From assembly GCA_016839785.1 (NCBI GenBank), contig JAEOTQ010000207.1, forward strand, positions 1-28,077: a DNA stretch of 28,077 nt, read 5' to 3'. Made by a program: the position numbers and the translations under genes. Of the stretch, positions 18,405 through 25,635 are shown one piece after another (position 1 is the first letter of the stretch; each line of letters opens with the position of its first letter). The notes under the pieces are model-generated. The model worked only from the letters and a program-made list of their open reading frames with translations, was not told the origin of the DNA and did no database searches. The DNA comes from Candidatus Hodarchaeota archaeon (GTDB lineage Archaea; Asgardarchaeota; Heimdallarchaeia; Hodarchaeales; Hodarchaeaceae).

Positions 18405-20165
18405 CTAGAAAAACTTCTTACCTCGTTTTTTCCTGAAAATTCGCGATATGCTAAAAGCTAAAACTACTACTGGGAGGATAAACACCAATTCTGATGATGG
18501 GGTCGCAGAAGTCGTGGTGGTGTCTGTTATTTCACTAGTCGTTGTAGATTGTTCTGGTGGTTCGGTCATCGGGGTATACTCACTGGGAAACTCGACTTTC
18601 ATCAATCCTGCATCACCAAAATACAAATCTGAATGACCATTATAGCTATCATCGTAAACATTCTGGGTTACAGGGAAATCATCTGAAGATGTCGTAATTA
18701 CAATATATGCTTCTTTTGAAGAAAGCAGGGAGATACTCGTTGCATAATCGTAATTAGTTCCACTGATCACTGTGGAAAAAAGTAATAATGAACCATTACT
18801 CGGAAATATAGAAATAAAAACAGCACATGCATCAGGATATCCTGGATTACGCTTAGAACCATCAGTTGTAGGAAAATCAAAGCTATGAGTCCTTCCAACA
18901 ACATATATATTCAAAGAGATGTCATCAAAGGCTAAACCCATCGTAGATTCCCAATGAATACCTTCACTTCCACCTAAATATGTAGAGAAGATGAGTGTAC
19001 TACCATTTTTGGAAATTTTTGTTAAGAAAATATCAGCAGTTCCACTAATTGCCGAGTCAAAGGCATCTGGAGAGGTAGGAAAATCAGCTGAAGTCGTCCA
19101 TCCACTGATGATGAAATTACCTTCACTATCTAATATGAAATTATAGGGTTCTTCATCACCACTTCCACCTATTAAAGTTGAAAACAACATTGTAGAACCA
19201 TTGGCCGCAAATTTAGTTATAAATAAATCTTGGCCTCCTGCATAAGTTTTGTCCCATGCTTCATTTGTTGTTGGAAAGTTTTCTGATCTAACCCATCCTG
19301 AAAGAATAACATTATCTGAATTATCGATTTTTAAAAACCAATTCGCTTCATTATCAGATCCACCAAAATAGGAAGAATACAACAGGATTGATCCATTAGC
19401 TGATAATTTAGAGTAAACTCCCTCTCCTCCATCCCGGTGTTTAAGACCAGGATCAGGGTGAATCCCATATTCATTATTACTATCATAAGCATCCGCAGTT
19501 ATTGGGTAATCATCTGATCGTGTACCTCCTGCCACCCAGATATTTTTTGCTGAATCTACGCAAATATCCCAAAGATAATCGTAGTCTTGACCTCCAATGT
19601 AAGTTGTAAAGAGCTCAGTACCGTTCGCTGATATTTTGCTTACAAATCCGTCGTACTCTCCCCCATTATATGACTCGTCATATGCATTAGGAGTAGCAAA
19701 ATCTGTTGAGCTAGTACATCCAGCGAAGTAAATATTATCATCATCATCCAAGAAACCATACCACGCTTCGTCGCGATCGTTACCACTAAGAATAGATGAA
19801 AAAAGTATTTCAGATAAATTATCTGCATTGAATTTGGTGATAAAGATGTCGTATATACCAGATGTAGGAGCAGTCCCAATCGTCACTGGAAAATCGCTTG
19901 ATTTTGTCATTCCTATAATGATAGGGTTATTAGAACTATCAAGAAGGTTGATAGTCCCAGGATCGCCATCACTTCCACCGAGATAGGTTGAGTACTTGAT
20001 TATTGGATTCTCTTCAGCTTTTAAATAAACCACATCAGCCAAGTGCTGATTACTAGAAGTCAGCGCGCCTTGGGGGATCGTTACAAGCTCAATTACAAGA
20101 AATGGTCCTGTAAATACCGCCAGTACAAATAACACAGGAATTAAGCTACCAATTGTAGTTTTCAT
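18405..20165 (-). CDS. SBBP beta-propeller repeat surface protein with Thr-rich linker and C-terminal anchor
   Basis: Repeated ST(Y/L)LGGS..D/E ... G.T.S.DFP.T..A.D ... D.F(I/L)TK units. It has a signal-like N-terminus and the tail TTTTSATPSSELVFILPVVVLAFSISRIFRKKRGKK. Confidence 0.88.
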   Translation of the reverse strand: MKTTIGSLIPVLFVLAVFTGPFLVIELVTIPQGALTSSNQHLADVVYLKAEENPIIKYSTYLGGSDGDPGTINLLDSSNNPIIIGMTKSSDFPVTIGTAPTSGIYDIFITKFNADNLSEILFSSILSGNDRDEAWYGFLDDDDNIYFAGCTSSTDFATPNAYDESYNGGEYDGFVSKISANGTELFTTYIGGQDYDYLWDICVDSAKNIWVAGGTRSDDYPITADAYDSNNEYGIHPDPGLKHRDGGEGVYSKLSANGSILLYSSYFGGSDNEANWFLKIDNSDNVILSGWVRSENFPTTNEAWDKTYAGGQDLFITKFAANGSTMLFSTLIGGSGDEEPYNFILDSEGNFIISGWTTSADFPTSPDAFDSAISGTADIFLTKISKNGSTLIFSTYLGGSEGIHWESTMGLAFDDISLNIYVVGRTHSFDFPTTDGSKRNPGYPDACAVFISIFPSNGSLLLFSTVISGTNYDYATSISLLSSKEAYIVITTSSDDFPVTQNVYDDSYNGHSDLYFGDAGLMKVEFPSEYTPMTEPPEQSTTTSEITDTTTTSATPSSELVFILPVVVLAFSISRIFRKKRGKKFF

Positions 20166-20191
20166 TTCCGTTCCTCTCGTCCTCTTGAATT
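20162..20191. repeat. Direct repeat copy 1 (30 bp; leader, RBS and ATG of the SBBP gene)
   Basis: tcatttccgttcctctcgtcctcttgaatt is 28/30 identical to 24654-24683. The exact 21-bp core is 20171-20191. Confidence 0.85.
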
Positions 20192-22652
20192 ACTTTGATT
20201 TTTTCTTTCTACCAAACGAGCTCACACAAATAATGCCTACAAGAACTAATATAAAACTCCAGGAAGGAGTAATATTTTCACTACTATTAGTACTAATGTT
20301 CATCGTACTTGTTTCACGTTGTGTAGTCGTTGTTGTAGTTTCTTGATCTGGGATATATTCATTAATAGACTCTAGGAACCATTCAGGAGCAGGAGTTAAA
20401 GGATGACTGAATTCTTCCTGAATGAGTCTATCTATTGTCATTTCAGTTGAAACCATGTAATTTTGGGCCCATAGGCCTCTAGAGAAAATCTCAAAATTTC
20501 CTTGATGAATATCAGGGTCTGTATAACGTAAATCAAGAATTCCTCGCCAATCTCCATCTGTCATCCGATTTTCCATTGGTATTATAAATTCATAATAAGA
20601 AAAAACTGGTCCAACAGCAAGAATATCGCTTCCATTCCAACCTGGAACTCTTACTATGAGATGCTCAAACATTCCAGTACCTACTTCCAGAACAGTACCT
20701 TTTGACAAATCAGTATGGACATCTGCTATCAACGCACTCTTTGGTTCTTCTTCAGGATACGATGAACTATAATCGTTGTACAACTTACTTAAGAGATCTC
20801 CTAACCATCCAGCAATTACGGTACCGCTCCATCCACGATTGAATCTATAAGTTGTCTTAAGAAATTCTTTTTCGAAGGAAGATAATGCTTCTCCTTGCAG
20901 TTCATGATAAGCGATCCCTTCTAAGATTTGTGTAATATTAGTAAAATCCGTGAAAACGTCAGAATAGTTGAGATTTTCGATTTGATCTAAATCAAACATT
21001 TGAAGGTGATCTATCGCTGTTTCAAAGACCTGTCCAAGCTGATTGAGTTTCCGATAGAGGGTTGGATAAGGTTCTACAAAGCCCTCTGGGGTGGAACAGG
21101 CTCCCCAAGTTAATCCCTGTTTTTGATATAGGATCGTATCATGCTTCAATTCCGCCCAAGATCCAAGAACTGATGTTAATTTTTCATCCTGCCAAGTATC
21201 CGTTTTCATGAAATCAGGAATAACAGGTGAAGTTACGTTTGATTCCGGTTCTGGAATTGTTAATTCTCTTAATGTTTCCATCCATTGCCAAGTAAGACAC
21301 TGTTTTTCATCTACAGGCCATAGGTCGATTTCTTCACGTATTGCGGTTAACTGTTCTTGATATTGTGGATCATTATGACAAAACGGTTGATATTGAGAGT
21401 CATTAAGATGTGTACGAGCACGTTCAGATTGCATAATTGTATAGGCAATTTCCAACCCATTTGGCATTCTTTTACCATTTGGGGGGGGATTATATACATA
21501 AGGATTAACCAAGTGATTTCCTGCGTAAGTATCTAGATTTAATCGCTCTCCGAGCATTAGAAACGTTTTTGGATCGTATTCAGGGAAAAATGGAGTTAAT
21601 AGGTTGATAATATGTAGGTCTTTAGGAATTGGAATGGAATTATCATTTAATATTTGATCTTGGAGAGAAATGAGATCATCTTCATCGACATCATCAGGGG
21701 ACCATGTATCAGTATTTTCAATTGACTCAATAACTTGGATTATATTTTCAATAGGAATTGTATATGTTAATCCTGCCATAGTATTTAGAAATTTTTGGAT
21801 TCCCTCAAAAACATCCAGTGCAGAGGCATCAAGCCCAATTTCTGGTATAATAATCTGACTTCTCTGCAAGAAATTAACAAGATATACAACTTCTCGAATC
21901 ATCTCAAGAGGTGTCCGTTGAAGATAAATATCTCCTAAGTAATCATCAAAGAAAAATGGGATTCGTGAAAACCATTTAACTAATCTGAAATAGTCTTGCA
22001 GTTGTTCTGATTGCGTATAATGTCCCCTGGGCCGATACATAGTGAAATCATCAATAAATCGCATTACTTGGTATGTTTGAAACTGTTCTACGGCGTCAAA
22101 TATTGTTAGCTCATCATAAATGGCCTGGATTATCTGATTAGTCGTAGAAGCTATTGAGGAAGGAACAACGATTTCTGGGTCGATTAACTGAGCACCAACT
22201 GTAAAATAAATTAAGACATCCATAATAATAGGATCATCTGTTGTGAAATAACTTTCATCAATCGAATCAAAAACCGAACATGCCCATTCATTTAACACAG
22301 GAACCAGTAGTTGTTCTTCATATTTCTTCAATATCTCATTAAATATCAAATGCCAAGTATGAAGCATTGAGTCTGATGTTATAACAATAGGAAGATCCTT
22401 TTTCCAATACCAATAAAAAGAATCGAGTAAATGATCGACTCCAAGGCGATTTAGAACAATAAAGCCATTTTGATCAAGTAGCTGGAGTTCTGCATTGGTT
22501 AGATTCAAAGACTCATTAATAAGTTGGAAATATTCTAGATCTACAACTCGTTCTTTTCTTGTTTGTACATTGAAGATCAAATTATTCTCCAGAGGAAAGA
22601 ATAGCCCGAATAGTAAAATTGTAAGTAAAATACCTGTTTGATAAAGCTTCAT
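20190..22652 (-). CDS. DUF3160 domain surface protein with C-terminal anchor
   Basis: Family motifs ITSDSMLH.WH, DF..YRPRGHYT.SE.L..YFR, SWAELKHDTILY.KQ, GFVEPYP, IADVHT, VLEVGTG and GPVFSYYEF. The tail is Thr/Ser-rich, then ITPSWSF-TM-RKKKSK. The start is ATG 22652 (1 nt after the upstream TAA) or GTG 22661. Confidence 0.88.
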   Translation of the reverse strand: MKLYQTGILLTILLFGLFFPLENNLIFNVQTRKERVVDLEYFQLINESLNLTNAELQLLDQNGFIVLNRLGVDHLLDSFYWYWKKDLPIVITSDSMLHTWHLIFNEILKKYEEQLLVPVLNEWACSVFDSIDESYFTTDDPIIMDVLIYFTVGAQLIDPEIVVPSSIASTTNQIIQAIYDELTIFDAVEQFQTYQVMRFIDDFTMYRPRGHYTQSEQLQDYFRLVKWFSRIPFFFDDYLGDIYLQRTPLEMIREVVYLVNFLQRSQIIIPEIGLDASALDVFEGIQKFLNTMAGLTYTIPIENIIQVIESIENTDTWSPDDVDEDDLISLQDQILNDNSIPIPKDLHIINLLTPFFPEYDPKTFLMLGERLNLDTYAGNHLVNPYVYNPPPNGKRMPNGLEIAYTIMQSERARTHLNDSQYQPFCHNDPQYQEQLTAIREEIDLWPVDEKQCLTWQWMETLRELTIPEPESNVTSPVIPDFMKTDTWQDEKLTSVLGSWAELKHDTILYQKQGLTWGACSTPEGFVEPYPTLYRKLNQLGQVFETAIDHLQMFDLDQIENLNYSDVFTDFTNITQILEGIAYHELQGEALSSFEKEFLKTTYRFNRGWSGTVIAGWLGDLLSKLYNDYSSSYPEEEPKSALIADVHTDLSKGTVLEVGTGMFEHLIVRVPGWNGSDILAVGPVFSYYEFIIPMENRMTDGDWRGILDLRYTDPDIHQGNFEIFSRGLWAQNYMVSTEMTIDRLIQEEFSHPLTPAPEWFLESINEYIPDQETTTTTTQRETSTMNISTNSSENITPSWSFILVLVGIICVSSFGRKKKSK

Positions 22653-22653
22653 A

Positions 22654-23979
22654 TTAATCACGAAATATACTTTTATTTTTATTTCTAAGATTTAAATGTT
22701 TTAGAACCAAAAAAGGAAATAATGATGCAACTAGAACTAGCTCAGGTAGATTTACGCTAGTGTAACTCTCATTTGTGAGTTTTCCATTCTTATCTGTTCT
22801 AAATAACCATATATTTCCACCGCTATAATACGGTAAGAATTTAGGAGCATCAATAATTCCTGTAAAGAGAAAACCTTTATCCGTTTCAATAACTGCAGAA
22901 GCAACATCGTGATATTGCCCACCATATTGCTCAGTCCATTCCATTTCTCCTTTCACATTTGTCTTAACGATAAAGATATTAGAATAACCAGTATTATCAA
23001 GTGTTGTGGAGAAACCAGCCAGTAAAAAGCCGTGATCATCAGTGTGAATTAAAGTTTCTACCCATTCTCTTTCTGTCCCTCCGTATGTCTCGGACCATTG
23101 CTTGTTTCCCCCGAAATCAGTTTTCACCAACCAAAAATCCCGATATTGATCATTGTACAAACGGGTTTCACCAGCAATTGCATAGCCAGTAGGGGTTTGA
23201 ACAATTGCAGTTGCTTGATCTCTGCCCTCCCCACCAAAAGTTTTGTTCCATTCTAGATCACCAGAGGGACTTGTTTTCACTAGCCAAAGATCTTTGTCCC
23301 CAGCTCCAAAAGAACTTGTATAACCTGCTAGGATGTACCCTCCATCATTAATCTGGATCAGAGAGGTAGCAACATCCTCATTTTCACCGCCAAATGTTTG
23401 AGTCCAATCAAGATTACCATAAGAGTCTATTCGTATGAGCCACATGTCTCTATCACCTGCTCCATAGGAAGAGGTGTATCCTGAGACAACGAATCCTCCT
23501 ATCAGATCCTCAACAAGTCCAAAAGCATTTTCTTCTCCCAATCCTCCAAAAGATTTTTGCCATTGTATATTCCCCAGATTATCGAGTTTTACAACCCATA
23601 GATCATTCATACCTGCTCCATATGACCAAGTACTCCCCGCAAGGACATATCCTGCATCGGAAGTTTGTAGAAGAACCCTTGCTATATCTTTTTGGCCACC
23701 ACCAAATGTACGATTCCATTCTGGAATTCCCTGTGAATTCATTTTGATAAGCCACATGTCACCCCCAATTCCATATGACCAAGTAAAACCTGCTATTGCA
23801 TATCCTCCATCCTCAGTCTGAATCAATGCCTGTGCATTATCATCAGAAAATTCTCTACCAAAGATATGGTTAAAATTTACCATAGAGCGTGGATTCGCTG
23901 GAATAATTTCATCAATCAGAAGTAAAGAAAGAATGAAAAGCAGTATAAGGATAATTTGTGAAATATCTCTTAATTTCAT
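22654..23979 (-). CDS. Beta-propeller-like repeat surface protein (about 7 repeats of 52 aa) with C-terminal anchor
   Basis: Repeats of GGY.LAG.T.SYGAG..D.WL.K.D..G...W..TFGG...D.A. The signal-like segment begins at MKLRDISQ (ATG 23979; the ORF track extends to 24063). The C-terminus is hydrophobic with a basic tail. Confidence 0.85.
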   Translation of the reverse strand: MKLRDISQIILILLFILSLLLIDEIIPANPRSMVNFNHIFGREFSDDNAQALIQTEDGGYAIAGFTWSYGIGGDMWLIKMNSQGIPEWNRTFGGGQKDIARVLLQTSDAGYVLAGSTWSYGAGMNDLWVVKLDNLGNIQWQKSFGGLGEENAFGLVEDLIGGFVVSGYTSSYGAGDRDMWLIRIDSYGNLDWTQTFGGENEDVATSLIQINDGGYILAGYTSSFGAGDKDLWLVKTSPSGDLEWNKTFGGEGRDQATAIVQTPTGYAIAGETRLYNDQYRDFWLVKTDFGGNKQWSETYGGTEREWVETLIHTDDHGFLLAGFSTTLDNTGYSNIFIVKTNVKGEMEWTEQYGGQYHDVASAVIETDKGFLFTGIIDAPKFLPYYSGGNIWLFRTDKNGKLTNESYTSVNLPELVLVASLFPFLVLKHLNLRNKNKSIFRD

Positions 23980-24059
23980 AGATTTCAATTTATGAGATAA
24001 TCCTCTTTGAGGCCTTCTAGGACAAACAGGACTAAGGTTTAATAAGAAGTAATTTCGTA

Positions 24060-24557
24060 TCACTTAGCCATTTCCTCCAAGGTTTTGAAAAGGTGTTCTC
24101 CCAGATCAGTAGGCCTTTGTAATGGATTTTTGATGGGAATGTTTCGCTCTTTATACTCCTGAATAAGATGTTTTCGACATCCATCGTAATCTTCACAAGT
24201 TGCACAATCACCCTTATGATCATACCATACCTGAACACTATTTTCTGGGGAAAAAGTAATGTAGGACTTTAAATTAAACATTCGACTGAAACCTCTCGCA
24301 AAACCCAATTCAGAACTAAGTAAGTCAAGAGTTATTTTATTAGAACGAGCTGTTTCTTGTAAAATGGTAGTTATACGTTTGTTTGCTTCTTTCACTGCTT
24401 TACTCACGAAAGCAGGAGTAACTTCCTTATGTTTGGCGATTTTTGTTCCAGAATGCTTACAACGCTTCAAAAACCATAGTTCCACCTGTGTTTTTGTCGG
24501 ATAAACAAGACGTTTGTAACCAAATTTGGTTAATAATCCATCAAAACCCATAACCAT
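24060..24557 (-). CDS. Putative transcriptional regulator: N-terminal HTH plus C-terminal H-x3-C-x2-C-x5-C metal-binding motif
   Basis: PTKTQVELW...SGTKIAKHKEVTPAFVSKAVKEA fits a sigma-region-4/LuxR-like HTH. The Cys motif is HKGDCATCEDYDGC. Palindromic sites overlap its own start. Confidence 0.72.
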   Translation of the reverse strand: MVMGFDGLLTKFGYKRLVYPTKTQVELWFLKRCKHSGTKIAKHKEVTPAFVSKAVKEANKRITTILQETARSNKITLDLLSSELGFARGFSRMFNLKSYITFSPENSVQVWYDHKGDCATCEDYDGCRKHLIQEYKERNIPIKNPLQRPTDLGEHLFKTLEEMAK

Positions 24558-24566
24558 TTTTGGTTA
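24517..24566. promoter_or_regulatory. Twin palindromic operator candidates TAACCA-N4-TGGTTA
   Basis: taaccaaatttggtta (24517-24532, perfect 16-bp palindrome) and taaccatttttggtta (24551-24566), 34 bp apart. On the minus strand a TTTTAAA box (24574-24580) with purine-rich BRE-like GAAAAG lies just upstream. Confidence 0.7.
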
Positions 24567-24653
24567 ACTATCCTTTAAAAGCTTTTCTGCTTTTTTGATT
24601 TCGATTTTTCTTAAAGAATTAAAGAAAAATTTTACCCAATTCAGAAGCATTTC

Positions 24654-24683
24654 TCATTTTCCTTCCTCTCGTCCTCTTGAATT
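24654..24683. repeat. Direct repeat copy 2 (orphan leader, RBS and ATG)
   Basis: tcattttccttcctctcgtcctcttgaatt. Its minus-strand ATG (24657) opens only MRNASELGKIFL*. A TTTAAATA box lies at 24705-24712 (-). Confidence 0.85.
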
Positions 24684-24939
24684 GCATCTTTCAGATTCTT
24701 TAGCTATTTAAACCCATGCTTTGTGCGGAAACTCAGAAGTGTATTTTCACTGATTGCAATGATCCAGTTTTATTTTACTCTGTTGGGCTGTTTAATGTTT
24801 TAACGGCTTATTGTCAGTTCTTGAAACAACAAATTGGTATAAAACTAAACATCGCAAAATTAGAGTTTTACGACATTTATCGAGGATGATAATCATGGGT
24901 TGAATTAGGTATAATAACCATAAATGTTATGAGACACTT

Positions 24940-25322
24940 CTAGGAACCAAAAAAGAGGATAAATTGAAAAAAGTCTTTCCCTCCCTCCCTAAATTTATTA
25001 GAAAGATAGTATTTTGGAAATTTGGTAGAGATCCGCTTTACCTGAAAGATTTTGCTGGAACGGTATCTCTAACTTCTGTTGGAATGTTTGGGGATATCGG
25101 TGGATGGGGGATACCAATCGGTGTAACCAATTTAATGTTCACTTTGGGAGGAATAATTAAAAAACTGTCATAATAGAGAACAGAATAGAAACTCGTGATA
25201 TCCTGCATATGACTGTGATGTTTGATCATGATGTTGTAGATGGAGCTCCTGCTGCTAGGTTTATTAATGATATAAAGAATCTTATAGAAAATGACTACGG
25301 ATTGGAAATGATCAACTTATGA
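24940..25322 (+). pseudogene. 5'-truncated, frameshifted 2-oxo-acid dehydrogenase E2-type acyltransferase catalytic domain
   Basis: One frame reads GTVSLTSVGMFG..GGWGIP...L.FTLGGIIKK. After a shift near 25165 the next frame reads VIIENRIETRDILHMTVMFDHDVVDGAPAARFINDIKNLIE...*(25322), including the catalytic DHxxxDG motif. An in-frame TGA at 24901 precedes the fragment. The left boundary is approximate. Confidence 0.85.
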
Positions 25323-25465
25323 AGATATAAAAGAGATTCATTTGATGTGAGTTATTCTGTCTTCAAGTAGAAGTTTGAATTGTTAAAGCTGGCTTTCGTC
25401 AAATAGATATTTTTACTATTTGATACTTTAATCTAATTAATTGACTATTCGAAGTTCCTACACTC

Positions 25466-25494
25466 TATATTTCGGTAGTATATACCGAAGTATA
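25466..25494. promoter_or_regulatory. Inverted repeat upstream of the BMP gene, candidate regulator binding site
   Basis: tatatTTCGGTA-gtata-TACCGAAgtata: 12-bp arms with one mismatch and a 5-bp spacer, about 140 bp before ATG 25636. Confidence 0.55.
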
Positions 25495-25635
25495 TATTTT
25501 TCTTAATATAACCAACGTTCTATGAGTAATCCAGCTAGAACTATTATTTTGAACAATGCAAAGTAGTTGTTGCAAAGAGAAAATTGATGGAATATATTAT
25601 ATTGTATGAGGATATTAAAATCTGGAGAGTGAAGA

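Noticed and set aside
18405-23979. Recurrent short motifs suggesting a CRISPR array or DGR template
   Set aside because: The repeats are degenerate protein-level propeller repeats. There are no identical DNA repeats with spacers and no cas or RT gene.
24716-24889. 57-aa + strand ORF with four Cys (MLCAETQKCIFTDCND...)
   Set aside because: No RBS, no recognisable motif, and it overlaps the probable upstream region of the minus-strand promoter. It cannot be supported without homologs.
25038-25229. 63-aa minus-strand ORF
   Set aside because: It is antisense to the E2 pseudogene.
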